From: Vicugna vicugna
Lineage: Eukaryota
NCBI GenBank assembly: GCA_013265495.1
Contig: MU058636.1
Coordinates: 2,604,001-2,668,000 of the forward strand
Direction of reading: 5' to 3'
Length of the DNA stretch: 64,000 nucleotides
The notes under the pieces are model-generated. The model was not told the DNA's origin. It did no database searches and saw only the letters and a list, made by a program, of their open reading frames with translations. The position numbers were made by a program, and so were the translations under genes. Of the stretch, positions 21,546 to 35,599 are shown piece by piece (position 1 is the first letter of the stretch; each line of letters begins with the position of its first letter).

Positions 21546-24384
21546 AAAGGGGGATCCAGAGACTCTGGGCCCACAGTGCTTTCTGCTGCAGGCTTCGGTC
21601 CCCTGCAGGGGAGGGATGGCTGGCACTAGGCTCCCTCCTCACAGCACTGCCTCCAGCTCCAGGACAGCCCCGCTGGCTGCGGCCCCTCATGCCACGGGCT
21701 TGATCTGCATTCTGCCCATCCTCTCAATTTCCCTTGGCTCTTGCTAAGTGAGCGTGGTCTCCCCGCCCACCCATCCTCCCCAGTTATCTTCCTCCATCCT
21801 GTTTCCTCCTCTTCCTCCTCCTCCCCTTCCTCCTTTTAGATTTTATCTAACAGTGTATCACTTGAGTTGGAAAGGATCAAGTGACACTGCAGCTTTTAAC
21901 CTTTTGGAGACTCTGAGTTTTATTGGGTAGGAAGGAAAGCAGAAGGATGCAGCTGTCATACCAATTTGTACTCTCTGCTGCTTAAGAGTGAAAAAGAGCA
22001 TCAGGGTGGCTGGAAGAAAATCCAAACATGGACACATAAAGGGATCTAATCTTCCCCATTTGAGCAGCGTTGAGGGGTGGCCAAGAGAGGCACATTCAGA
22101 AGCTGGAGGTCAGTTTATTATCATTGCGTTGTTCCAACTTTGGTTCTGACTACAAACCTTAGAGGGAAGAAATACTATTTTTTGTAGACTCACTTAATAG
22201 AAAATAAACTCTTAGTTGGGGGCACTTAAGATTTATGGAGCCCTAAGTTTTAAACCTTGATTTCCATCATGATATACATCATTGTTAAACATCTGAACTT
22301 GTTTGTCTGGCTGCTCTTCAATTTGCAAATGCTTTTCAGATGTCTGAAAACAATATGAGCTAACCCATACAGTCGTTTTACATATCCTTCTTATAATAGT
22401 GCAGAAGTTTATAGTCTTACTGGAAATATAAACGAATTAAAAGGTTATCAGCTTATGCATTATTAAATGCAAGCAAATCCTACCATGGGCTAAATCAATT
22501 AACCATTAACCTCCTTACAGCACAATGTGTCAGGAATCAATTTCATAAATGATATACTTTTGCCACGAAAGTGCAAAATGGGATTTCTGCACAGCTAATA
22601 CTATAACGCCAGATAAAATGCCGAGTGTTGGGATGTTGCTAGATACTTCTGCAGGAAAAGCAGCGCATGAAAAGAATTCAAATTACCTGTCATCATACCA
22701 TATGCTACGGCTTTGGCTTACATAATGCATTTAATTGTCTGACAGATTTATTCCACTTGAAATCATTTAACATGGCTGAGCTGGATTGGATTTTATGTGT
22801 TAACTGTTACATATCGTGAAATATTCCATTGTTTTAGTATTTCTCCTTCTCAATTCATGACCTCCTGGCTATCTCTCATATTTTGAAATTTTAAGAAACT
22901 GATCATTTCAAAAAGAGAAGAGAAAGGAGCTATTGGTACAAATGTAAGTCGCATTAAAATAGCCCCTTTCAACAGCGTAGGTGGGAAAAAAAGTAAGTTT
23001 AACTGATACCAGCTCCTGTGATGGAATAAAATGCTGAGTGAACACCCTGAACACATGTGGACCTGTGGCAAGAAGGCTGGACCAATTTTTTAAAATTCCA
23101 ATTTCGTTCTTCTGAATTGTAAGGATGCCTTCTCGTGGTTAGGAAGGTTGATAAAGATAAAATAAAACACCATCACAAGGGTTTATAAGATTTGAAAGGT
23201 CTACCTATATTTGATGAAACTGTACCTTCTCTGATAGCACTGAGCATGCATGCTCTTTCAGCCTTGAAGAGATGTGTGGGTTTCTGTAACGTCCCAACAG
23301 GGAAAACGAGACTTGAGTGAACTGAGGGATTTAAGAGGATCAGAATTTCATTAAAAGGAGCTGATAGCACTGGATCTCTCCATATCTCTATATAATTTAC
23401 AGTACCCTTAGCAAAATAGAGACACCCGAGTCCAATGCATTTGATCTTATCGCAGAAAACAAAGTGGAGCTGTTGTGTCTCCCGCCAAGCATTACACTTT
23501 GCTGTCTGAGCGCGTAAACCGTGCACTCATGGGAAGGGCAGGGTCGGGTTGTAAAGCGGCAGGCGCGAGACAGAGGTACTCTAAAAGAAGATTCCGATAT
23601 TTAATCTTCCAATTACAAAATCAGTAGAATACTGTGGAAAATCTGTGAGATAGAGAGAAAGTCACCAGTAATTCTAGCCCCCTAACTCAATTATGTGTCT
23701 GCATGTATTTTTATATACATCTCTCTATAACTGTAATCATCGTGTAATATAATTTGACTTTTGCTATTACCCACTTATTGTGGCATCATAAGAAGGGTGA
23801 TATTAAAGATATTTAACAACTGGTACAGCACAGACATTGACACAGGGGACATGGGAGGGAGCTAATCAGAATGGACACCAGCCATAGGTAGCCACTCACC
23901 CAGACCCGTGCCCACTGGCTAAGTAGTGCTTACCCATTGCTGCAGCATCTTCATGACAAAAATGTTACTGACTGAATTGACCAGTTACCCAGCCCTTGTC
24001 CTACGGTTAGTAATTTAGGGTGCTACTATGTTTTAGTGTTATAATCATAAAATGGGCAAATTGTGTTAAAGTATTTGTAAGAATTGGATTATAAATGGTT
24101 ATAAACTGGAGTTTTAGTTTGAGGCTAGAAAGAATAAATCATAAATGAATCAAGAGTTCATGGGTGACATTGTGGGTTCCAACACCACTTTACTGTATGA
24201 TCCGGAATGGGTCATTAAATATATTAATATATCTTAAAATCATTATCTATATTGATTTTTCAGTTTGCCCAATGGACATGGTTCCTAGTATTGTCAAAAG
24301 GCTCTCAGAGTTACATAGTTCAGGGCACCGAAGTGCTCATTATAAGTGAAGATGTCTGGAAAGGTCTTAGATGTCGGGGCTGGG

Positions 24385-24560
24385 GAGAGAGCACCAGATG
24401 TAGAACCCGGGTCCGAACCCTGGCTTTACCTCCTGCTGGCTGTGTGAGCTTGGGTGAGTCACTAGCTGCTCTGAGCGTCCCTTTCTTCAAATGGAAACGC
24501 TTCCCCTGCCTCCTTTCAGGTCGTTCTGAAGGTCCAAGCGGAGAGTCTCATAAACTCCAC
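24385..24560 (+). mobile_element. MIR fragment
   Basis: cccgggtccgaaccctggct..gctgtgtgagcttgggtgagtcact..ctctgagc..ttcttcaaatgg. Confidence 0.65.
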
Positions 24561-26547
24561 AAGTTAGGGAGAAGAAGAAGCCTTATTTCGTTGATGTAAG
24601 ACATCTTTATTCTGAAGTTTTCTGAACGTAGAAAGCTAGAGGGCAACGAAATAAACACCCAGCCCCTCCGCGCTCAGAATAAGAAGGTCTCAAATTTTGC
24701 CCGATTTGTTTCACATCTCTTTTGAAATAAATAAAACAGCCCTCACCCTCACCCCTCACCCCCTCCAGGGGCACCCTGCAGTCTGACTGCCGCATACACT
24801 TCCGGTGCGCGGTGTGGCCTCCCACGGGGACTGCCTGCGTCCGTGAGCAACAGGCAGGGCTGTGTCTTCCCGCAGTAAACAACGGTATCGGCGTGCTGCG
24901 TTCTGTAGCTGCTTCCTCGTCTGTGAGATTCACCCTCGTTCACACGCACGGCCCTGATTCACTCCGTTTCATCATTGTGGTGAAACCCGCTGTGAGCTCC
25001 GCTGTGTGTACTCCATCCGCTGCATGCGGGCATGCAGGGTTACTCCCAGCCTGGGGCTCTCTTAACCTGCGCTGTCACGAGTGCGCCTGCACACGTGTCC
25101 TGGTGCACTCCTGTGAGTGTCCCTTTAGCTCAGGAAGTGGGATTGTTCAGTCACACGCACATCCCCATATCCCCACCCTTACTAAGTTATAGAAAATGCC
25201 CTCAGAGTTCTAACAATTTGCACCACTCCCTCCATCAGTGTATGAGCTCTGGTTTCTCCACATATTCACCCACAGTTGGTGTTTTTACTTTTTAATTTGA
25301 ACAATATCTTTAAGTGGAAAATGGGTCCACAAATAAATATTAGGATTTGATTTGATTTAGAAAATGATAATATTTTGGTTTCAATACTGAATGATGGTAA
25401 CCAAACTGAATAGCTACCATGAATAAATAGCAAGTGCACATGACCTTGATTGAGTTCAGAGGCTGACTGAAGCCCCAGGAGTCTTGACCATCGTAGGCTT
25501 CGGACAACTCTTTCTGTCCCGGAGAGACTGACTTCCCCAGATCAGGAGGAATACACGAAATACTGTGTGTGGCCATTAGTCAAAATCACTGAAGCCAGAG
25601 CCAGAAATCTGAGTTTCCAACGGACCCCTGGGGAGAATCTTCATACCGAGGTTAGCTCTTCAAACGAGGTAGAAAAGACCAGTGTTTGACATAAACCAGT
25701 CAACGTTAATTCAGAAAGTTTGTGAAAGGGTCTAAGAGACAAAATAAAAATAGAGAACTTCTAAGGAAACATGAAAAGCTGGGTTAAATGTCTCTGACTT
25801 TTAAAAACTAAACTCTGACTCATGGCGTGAGTGCCTCCTCATGGTCGATTCTGGCATCTCAGCCTGACTGAAGACAGCAAGTACCTTCACTCAGGGAAGA
25901 TCGCAACGCTTCACTCTCTCAAATGTCTCTGCTCCCAGAAGTTAAACCCCGATCCCTGGGAGGGCCCCCTACAAATGGATCAAAAAGTTACCAATTCTAG
26001 AGGACTTACTCAGTGCCCAGCACTGGCGCTTTTCACATATTTTCTCATTTGATCCCCAGGATGATTCCACGAGGTAAGTTATTGCTTCATTTTTGCCAGT
26101 TAGAAAGCAGGAAATGGCAACGCCGGCCTGAGAAGCTTGGGAATCACTGCTCTCTCCAGACCCTGGCAGCATCAGGACCGCAGAGGGGCCAGACCAGGGA
26201 AGAAAAGTCTGTAGCAGCTCAGGAGAGCTGTTTTCTGTCAGGCAACGAAGGCACAGAAGGAAAAAGACCTCCGTGGCTTCCGTCACATGCAGGGAGTCTG
26301 AAAGAAGTGAGACACGCTCCTGTCTCTTCGGCCTCTGTCTGTCCACTGGTTTATGCACGTGCTGTGCCCACCTCGCGAGAAGGGACGATACAGAGGAAAG
26401 AGAAAAACAAGTGATTCCAGCTGGCTGGCTCCCAGACCTGCTTCATTTCTTGCCCTGGTTCTTGAACAAAGGAGCTTTGAAATGTTTAAATTTCAAGATG
26501 CTCAGGAAACTCACCATCCAAGGATGGCAGTAATGAGAAGGAAGGAT

Positions 26548-26880
26548 GGGGACCAGGGCCTGGCCCTCTCTGAAGGCGCTCGGGAAGGATCTCCCTCAAC
26601 CCTTCTACTCTTCTAGCATCTGGTGGTCGCCAGCAGTGCTTGGCGTTCCTCGGGCATTCTACCTCCAGTCTCCACCTCTGTCTTCACGTGGCCACCTTCC
26701 CTCTGTGTGCAGATCTCCCTCTTCTTACACAGACGCCAGCTGTGTTGGATTCAGTGCCCACACTAATCCGTATGGCCTCAGCTTACCTGGATTACAGCTG
26801 CCAGGACCCTACATCTGAGTACGGTCGCATTCAGTTTTCTGGTGGATATAGTTTGGGAAGACACTATTCAACCAGTACGG
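26548..26880 (-). mobile_element. MLT1A/B/C-type MaLR LTR
   Basis: ctctctgaaggc..ttctagcatctggtgg..ttggcgttcct..ctccagtctccacctctgtcttcacgtggc..ttggattcagtgcccac..gacactattcaacc. Confidence 0.8.
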
Positions 26881-27053
26881 ACACCATACAATTATATAAC
26901 TGAATTAATTTTCTCATCTCGTGGCCTCCTGCTCTAGAATGTAATTTTCTTGGAGGCAGTGATTTTTGTCTGCTTGCTCCCAAATGTATCCCAAGATCCT
27001 ATTATGTTATCTAGCAAAGAGTAGCATCCCAAGAAATTAAACAGTGCACTGAT

Positions 27054-27337
27054 ATATCATGTAATGAACTTAAGGGGTTTGTTGACACCCTTCTGTGGTG
27101 GACAAGGTCATTCGATGCCCTGACAATGTTTGTTCAACAAATAGACAAATGCAGACTACCAAGCGATCAAGTTACAGCACATATCATGTAATGAACTTAA
27201 GGGGTTTGTTGACAGCCTTCTGTGGTGGACAAGGTCATTCAATGCCCTTGACAATGTGGACAAGGTCATTCGATGCCCTGACAATGTTTATTCAACAAAT
27301 AGACAAATGCAGACTACCAAGCGATCAAGTTACAGCA
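27054..27337 (+). repeat. Tandem duplication of a 127-bp unit with a nested 30/31-bp duplication in copy 2
   Basis: Copy 1 is 27054-27180 and copy 2 is 27181-27337, nearly identical. The inner repeat GTGGACAAGGTCATTC(A/G)ATGCCC(T)TGACAAT lies at 27225-27255 and 27256-27285. Confidence 0.95.
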
Positions 27338-29629
27338 GAGACCTTATTTGGCCATTTAAAATACTATGTTTTCTGAATCATATTTTTCTGGCTCTTTTTA
27401 AGTGAAGATTTCCCTGGTAAGTTTCTTGGTCATGAGACTGTGTCCCGCATCTGAGAATACAGAGTGCATACGTACTTGTCAACAAAGTGTTTTACGTGAG
27501 CACTGCTTCTTCGTGCTTTCTGATGGACTGTTGAGTTGTCAGACCCTTGAGGATCTAAAACTCGGGGTGTCTGAGGCTTTGCTGTTGTTCCTTGATGCAG
27601 CCGAGGGGTTCGATCCTTGTGCGCTGGGAGCTACGGAGCAGCACAGAAATTCTGATAGCCATGAAGGAAGTACTTGGTGTCTCATCTCCCCCACTCCCTA
27701 AAACCAAGATCCTGTCCAGGTCAGCCTTTGTGTGTGTAGGGTGTGTGTTGGGGGGTGTATATTGTGCGTGTCACAGGACCAGAATTAGGGTGATGTGAGC
27801 GAAGCCTTCACCTTGGACACCAAAAAGCTCAGCCATCAAGTAAATAGTATTTGGGTGCATATTCTTTGAAATAAAAAATCATGTTAAAAAGTCCACAGCA
27901 AACAAAATACCAACATTTAAAAATAAAACAGACTGTTGTTCATTTGTTTTATGCCCCTAGGTTACCGTGCATGAAGACAGCCAGCTGTTCTGGGTCCAGG
28001 TGGCTCGTCCTTCCATCCGCGTCGGGTGGGCTCTTGAGGGCTGACCGTTGTGGGAGCACAGATTGAGCCACGTGGGTGTTACAGGCAGTCATTTTTTTTA
28101 TTGTAGAGTTTTTATTAACTTCTTCTACTTGGTTCAGAATAGGGGAGGGTATCTTGACAAGTGGTTCCTTTTGCCTCATACTCCAGTCTGAGTCAGCGTA
28201 CCAGGGAGCATGCATGTTCATGCGCGTTCATGTGTGTGCGCACAAGTCTGTGATTGTGTGTCCACTTCCCGTTCTGGGGTTTGGCTCTGGAACATCTTCG
28301 GATGGTTACGCGGTGGTTGGTCAGATTCAGTTAAGAGAATCCCCCAGAGTTTGACTTCGTTTCAGCACCACTAGAAGTGCAGGGCTGTCCTGGCTGACCC
28401 CAAGGTGTCCCAGGTGTCGCTGAGCCCACCCACGAGGGACGTGCCGCCCAGCCTCCCCTGCCGGTCATAACCGATGTCGCAGTCCACACGTGGGGCGCTC
28501 TTGGACTTTCCCGTGGATGCCGGCACATACTAGGGAAAGTGTTTCAGAATAGTCTCCATAGTCTTTCCTCCACACCAGGAATCATGAATCCTGAATCCCT
28601 AAATGGATGAGGACACCTTTGTCTTGACCTCGTGTGCCCAGAGCTCAAGCATCATGTGATTGATGGTCCTCACTGTCCCCAGGAGAACAGAGGATCCAGA
28701 AAAAAGAGATGTTAGGCAACATTTCCCCTTCCCAATGCTGTAAAAATCTACCCAAATCTGCTTACGGGTGGGAGGCTAGATGCCTGGCAGAGAGAGTGGG
28801 GAGCAGGCTTGATGCTGCTCTGTGGATCCAGACTGAAAGTGACCCTGTGCCTGTGATGGGGTGAGAGGCAGGGGCCCTTCCTCCTTTGCCTTCCAGGCTC
28901 CATGCAGCATTGTTGTATTTCATGGCATTTCTTCTGTGTGTGCATTTTGTTTGCATGATGATTTCTGTCCTAAATTTAGCAACCCTGTGCACTGAGCTTA
29001 CATTTTTGACAGTGATTTTGGCTAGTGTGTGCTGTGGTGGGGAGACAGGTACCTTACATAAATCGTAATGATTTCAGTGGTTATAAACCATCCTGGCACT
29101 CAAAGATGATCTCTTTAAAATTGGTTATTGACAGGGTTCTTAGAGAAAAGCCTTTCTATCACGTAATATGGCTTGAGGTATTACTCTCCTTTGTCTATGG
29201 ATAACATATATGTGAATTTAATTCACGGCATTTTTGTCCCGAAGTGGGAAACCACAAAGATAAAAATGACTAAAGATCAGATCCTTTTACAGAATATTTA
29301 ACATAAAATGTGCTTTCATGAAAAAAAATTCTGAGGAAATCATAACACCACAAATAATTATGTATCTGTCTTATGAAATAATTTCAAAAAGGAAATAATT
29401 TTTTGTCTACCTTAAGTAAAACTGATTTAAATTTGGGTGTCCTGCTGTTAGTCATCAATGAAACAAATGAAAATAATTATATAGATTTTTTATACTTAAG
29501 CAGTGAAATTATGGAAAAGGAATTTCGTTGAAGACAGAAATGTATCATTATGAAATATTGAAAAACATTCTTAAAAGTTTAACTTGAGGAACAGGGATGA
29601 ATTTCTCTGTAATCAGGAAACATTGGAAA

Positions 29630-30160
29630 GGCTTGACTCTCAGTGGTTGGCCATGGCTCTTAGGCTAGAAACTACACTGCCCAGCAGGAGCTGCGAGGTA
29701 CCACAAGCGCGTCCTCTCCTCCCTCTCTGTCATCACACACCAGCTGCCCTCCTTCTCCCACTGACAGCCCTGGCCAGCCTTCAGGTGCCTGTATACTTCC
29801 TCCTGCCCCAGGGCCTTTGCATATTCTGCTCCCACGCCAGGCCTGTCTTTCCCTTTATTTTTCACATTGATTAACAAATCTCAGCTAAAGCATTTCATCT
29901 TCAGGGGAGCCTGTCCTGACTGTCTTGACTAGATTCACCCTCACTCCCTCCACCCCAAACACACACACAATACCCGCTTCACACTCCTCTCTGTCGTGGC
30001 TCTTGTAAGAGCTGTACGTTTATAGTTACATTTAAGGTTGTTTAATAATCTCTCCCCTCTATATAGCCTATGAGTTGCTTAAGAGCTAGGATTTAAGCCT
30101 GGTTTTGCTTATCGTGATAGCTCTTTTGTCTACCCTGATGCCTTCATAAACGTTTTGGAA
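29630..30160 (+). mobile_element. L2 3' fragment
   Basis: cagggcctttgcatattctgctccc..tctcagctaaa..tcttcaggggagcctgtcctgac..tgagttgcttaagagctagg. Confidence 0.65.
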
Positions 30161-30297
30161 GGAAAAGAGGACAATCAGTGTGAGATCAGTCCTTTCTAAT
30201 GGCTCTTTTATTTGATATAAAAAATGTCTTGTTAATTCTTTGCTGTATTTCAGATAGAAGTTTTACATTTTGATGAGTAGACATAATGTTTGCAGAG

Positions 30298-30525
30298 ACA
30301 TTCTGCGATATAATTGACATATAATGTGTATGTTCAAGGTGTACAGGGTGTTGATTTGGTACAGCTAACACATCTATCACATCACAGATCTTTCATTTCA
30401 TTTTTGTGATGGGAACATTTAAGATCTAGTCTCAGCAGTCTGAAGTACACAATACAGTATTGTTGACTGTAGTCACTATGCTGTGCGTTACATCTCCAGA
30501 ACTGATACATCTTCTAATTGCAGAT
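30298..30525 (-). mobile_element. L1MA-type 3' end, antisense
   Basis: gatataattgacatataa..aaggtgtaca..acatttaagatcta..aatacagtattgttgactgtagtcactatgctgt. Confidence 0.8.
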
Positions 30526-33500
30526 TCTTTTCTTCCATATTTATTTGTCCATCATTACATTTCTGCTACCAATACAACATTAGCAACAGGTCTACTGTAT
30601 TCTGGGTGGAAGCAAAATGTTTGAGATGCAGTTCCTGCTGTTCTTAAGCATTTTTCTTTTCTGCTGAGGACAGTGGGGAATAGTTAAATGCCATGAGAAA
30701 TTAAATTTCCACAAAACTGATGCAGTGAGAAAGCCTATCTTTTACCAAAACATTCATGTCAGGATACAGCTACTGGGGAAAGTAGAACTCTGCTCTTACT
30801 GTCAAAAGAATGGCCTGGCCACTCAGCCTACTCAGAATGAGGACATAGGGTTTTAAATTTCATCCAATATCTTTGTCTAGGATGAGGATTTTATCTGGAA
30901 GTATCAATACTTTTGGATTGTAAACTTACGTTATGGGAGCTTTGAAACACAATTTTGTGGATCCATAGAACTGAAGAGGAAAAACAGGCTGACATGGAAA
31001 ACCAAAGAAGGTTGGAGTAGAATTCCATGTAGCATTCTTCCAGCAAACGAACAGTTCAGCAAACCTTCCTGAGATGTCATTTCTTCCTAAATATAAAGTG
31101 GGCTTCCTTCCTCCCACAGTTGTATACACAGAACAGCCCATAAGTCTTCTTGCTGCTGTTGGTTGGTTTCTGCTCAGGGCCCATTGTCTGCCTCCACCTT
31201 TCTGAAATTCTCTTAATCCTCCAGTAATTCTCAGCAGTGAATGTCCAGGGTTTAAATGTATATGATTTATTTTTCCTGGGTTTATAACATACTTAAATAC
31301 ACAAGTCTTTATTTGGGAAGTCAGGCTAGTAGCTGTTCACAGTGATGGTTTTTATATGTTATTTACATATAGATTTCCAAAACAAATAGGTTTTATACTG
31401 ACATCTTTTTAGACATTAGCTTCTATAAAACATTTTTTGAGGATTTGGGATTTAAAAGCTTTCCAGGTCAGTGGCCTGCCATTATTAACAATAATATTTA
31501 ATTTAGTTATAAAATAATACAGCTCAATTGATGATAAAAAGAAAAAAGTAAATGAATTTCAGCTGCCTTTCGGTATACGTCTGTGTCGTTCGGTTTTTCC
31601 AACAATGTAATATATGTGGCTTTATGGATGAATAGGAGCATCTGTCAAGCCATATATTTTACATTTAGTATCATAGGTGGCTTCTTGTGTTCTGAAGATT
31701 TAATTTTCAAGTATTCTCTAGAACTGATTACTAAGATTTAAAAAAAAAACAAAGTATTTCTAATAATGCAATCTTTTTTAAAGAAACTGCTTTCTAAATA
31801 AAAATAGCTTAGTGCTTTATGTAAATTGAATTGTAATGCAGCCTCTCTCCATATTGATAACTTAGAACCTCTGCATGGCTTCTGAATTTGACCATTAGAA
31901 AATAATTAGATTTTTTAATTCGCGTATTTAATCAGAAAAGTTAAAATCAGAATACATTTTAGGAATAAACCATAATAAAGAACCTAATTAAGTAATATTA
32001 TATTTGCCCCCTCAAATTCACGTATGTCTAATACCAAAAGAAATAGCAGGGATACGTGTGCAGAGAACTTAGAGGGAAGCAGACCAATGCTTTTGTGTCC
32101 TTTTCACCAAAGTACAAAAGGACATGGTGAGATGTGCAGTCTTATTGAGCTAATCTCATTTTAAATTACGTCGGCTGACAATTAGTGTATCTAGCATGAC
32201 AGATTTACTTAATGTTTATATTAATGAGCAAACTTTGAAACAAGCCAAAACAACTTACTAAACCTCAGAAAGGTAGAGGAAAGTTTATTTTGAGCTTTGT
32301 CTGAATGTTTTTTGTGTTACCCAAACGATAGCTTTTGATTCCTGGTCATTAAAACAAAAACGACTGGCTTTGCAAAGCCGCGTTAGCCGTCGGGGGTGAC
32401 TCGTGCTTGCTACGGACGTTGATGACGTTTCAGATTTCAGGCGAGCTCCGCACGTAGGTGCTTAGAAAAGCACCTCATCTCCCAGCCCCTCAGTAAGTTA
32501 TATTAAATGATGGCTTTGTTCTTACAAAAAGCTTTGGGTTGGACAGTCCAGCAGTCAGGGTTCTTTCCTCTCTCTCCGCACTCTTGCGAAGAAGGTGATT
32601 GCTCTTTGCCTAACCTTATAGCTGAACAGATTAAATAACCTACCAATACACAGGCAGTGCCAGAGCAAGGGTCAGAACTCACAATTCAGAAATTGCTGTC
32701 CGTGCCTCTTCGTACTTAATTTTACCCACATTTATCTGCTAATTTCCAGGACACACAAGGAAGCTGTCATTTTCAGGCAGGAAGATGGGTTAGTCGTTCA
32801 AACGTGACACTCCTGACAGCCAAAAGACTTTATTTTCAGCCTCGGGAACAAACTGTCCCTTTTTTTATTCCTCCCTGGATCTTTATTACCATTATTTCAG
32901 GATCACTATATTAAAGTTCAAAGCAGGAGGAAGAATTCAAGCTGGAAGATCCTGATTCTGCAATTTCAGCCTTGCCTCGGCGGGGAGACGCTAACGTTTT
33001 GTACACACGCTCGCAGATGTGCGTCCTTTCACTTTATGAATCCACGTGTATATGTAAAAAGGACATGTTGTGCCGTCAGTATCGTTTCTAGGTCATGCTC
33101 GTGTCAGTTCTGCCCCGATATTAACAGCGGAATCGGATATAGAGAACTCCCCAATGAGGTGACTTTTTTTCAGGTTTATGACCCGCCCACAGCCTTCAAT
33201 AGGACAGCTGCCTCAGTTCTGACTCTTGTTGGGGCCAGGAAGCAAATGAAGTCTAAAATAGACCTAATTCTCATGAAACCACATAGATGTTGCAGAGAGT
33301 GAAACATACTCACATTTATAAAAGTGGGATTTAATAGTCAAGTGGAATATTAGCCCAAGGATGGGGTGCTTTCTAGGTCCTTTGGTGAAGTGTCTGTTCA
33401 TTTTACAGAAAAAAATGAGGAAAGCAGGTAGTGTGCGTATGGCTACGTAACACAGTTTCTTAGAGTTTGAAAGTAAAATAAAAATAGTTGTTTGGAAAAG

Positions 33501-34049
33501 AAAATGGTTTTGAGTGTCTGACTCATCATTCAGTTTTGTATTGGAATATAGGAGGTACTCGCAGCAGTGAGCCTGTATCCAAATAGGGCAGGCTTTTCAT
33601 TTATATTCATGTCAGAAGCATTAATTAAGGATCTACATTGTACACAGGGGACTATGCTGGGACTGGGGCAAAATTTCATAGCTAGACAGACAGACAGATG
33701 ACAGATAATTATGTGTTTATAAGTTATACGCATAACCATAATCACATATTTCATTCTCATTTTGGAGATGGCCTCATCTTACCTACCTAATTGCTCTGCA
33801 AGTATTTCCTTTCCTATTGTTCTGCTGAATCCGGGCAAGCAGTGAAGACATTTCCCGCCAGCTCTGGTCTGATAAACAGAAGGGTGGTTCTCTTTCATCA
33901 CAAGGACTATCTGTATCTAGCCAAATCCACAGAAAGTCAAGGTGATGCCAAGAAAGTTGCATACGTGCTTAGAACAAAGATTTGATGATTTGCATCTGCC
34001 TTTCAGGTTGCCTCACCTCTAGCTAAATCCTCCAGACCTGTCCCTTTGG

Positions 34050-34385
34050 AGTGTTCCCCGGTCAGGAGACCCTGGGTCCTTCAGTGTGACGAACATGTTG
34101 ATATGTTAGAAAAGGTTCAAAGATAAGGCACAGCAGTGACTCGTAAGGGCTTGGAGAAATAAGTAGAGGCCTGAGATGAACTGTCTGTAGAAGCGAGAAC
34201 TATGAAGCAGGGACAGAGAGCCTGGAGGAGGAAGATGCTCAGATGCAAGGGACCAACGGACTTAGAAAAGGTAGAGGGAAACGTATGAGGATGCAGTGAC
34301 TCTGAGAAGAGAAAAACATTTAAGTACAGATAGAGCTTTTCTTACTGAGAGCTTCCAAAATGCAAGGATGCTTGCAGTCTTACCT
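34050..34385 (+). mobile_element. Probable CR1/L3 remnant
   Basis: ttagaaaaggttcaaagataaggcacag..aagggcttggagaa resembles the 3' part of L3 ORF2. Highly diverged. Confidence 0.4.
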
Positions 34386-35599
34386 TATTGCTATTATTAT
34401 TATTACTGCGTTACTGTGAACTCTGCTCCCATGAGCACTGACACTGGAAACAAAATTGAGCACTAATGAATTAGAGCTTAATTCCCACTCAAGGTTCATC
34501 AACCTCGCGCTCCTAAGTAATCATGCCACTTCTTATTAGCTTCTGCTTCCGAAAGACGAAGAGGGCCAAAGACACTCCAGGGCTGAATTATTTAAATCAA
34601 ATGACAGAATGTGTATAAAGATGCCTGTGAAGGTAAAGCTGGAAGCAAGTGCTAGTAGTTGTAAGTCCATTTCCGATGGAGCCCACCTGTCTCCTTTCCT
34701 TACTGTCCCTCCACCCAGAAGCCTCCCAAATGGGGCAGGGCATCTGCTCGCAGGTCCTGGTGGTCTGGGTGAGGCTCATACCTCATGGCAGGGCTGGTAG
34801 GCTCTGGGAAAAACTCTGTGGACCCCAGTTTGTCCTCCGGCCCTGGACCGTGATGGAGGTTCTCTTTCCCATTAAGTGTGTGTTTTCTTGTTGTGGTTCA
34901 GTAATGTGGATCTTTGAAAAATTTTTCTATATTTAGAGGCCATTGATTTTTAAAAAAAAACATCTTTCCACAATGTGGCAGCCATCCCAGGCTTGCACTG
35001 AGAGGGAGTGAGTTTCTCTACTTCACGAGTCTCTGCATCAGGAAATAAGATGTTCGCTGACTGGTGTTTGACTTTCAGAAATTTGCTGTACCTTTTCCAA
35101 TTTCCTCTTCTCCATCTGTAAACTGCGGACTGTTGTGCGTATTCTTACAAGGAAATTTGTAAACACAGACTCTTCATTTCGCCAGAAGACTTGGTGAATG
35201 GGGAGGGAGGGTTCTAGGGAGTTTAGATTTTCAGATTAATGTAGAGCTAACAAGAATCTTTTGTTCAGGTTCTAGGCAAAAGCCTTTCTCTAATGTTTTG
35301 TTGTACTCCTTTGCCTCATAAATATAGAACACTGGGTATAATTAAATCCTGGCTGAGGGAATAAGAATCTTATTGACATAGAAAGCACAGGTAATTGGGT
35401 TGAAATGCGATCTGTATGAGAGCTTTCTCTTCTAAGTGAGCAGTGATGAGACTTGTGGGGCAGGATGCTGAAGATATGGGATACGGAGTTGTTCTGACTC
35501 ATGAAGAAGACAGAGTAGTCCTAATATTTGTAGTAGTGGAGGTGAGCTCTACAAGTAGAGAGAGTCAGATGGAGGAAAAGCGGGTGGATGGGTTAGATC

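Noticed and set aside
27054..27337. CRISPR-like array (repeated ~30-bp unit)
   Set aside because: There are no unique spacers and no cas genes, and the context is mammalian. It is a nested tandem duplication.
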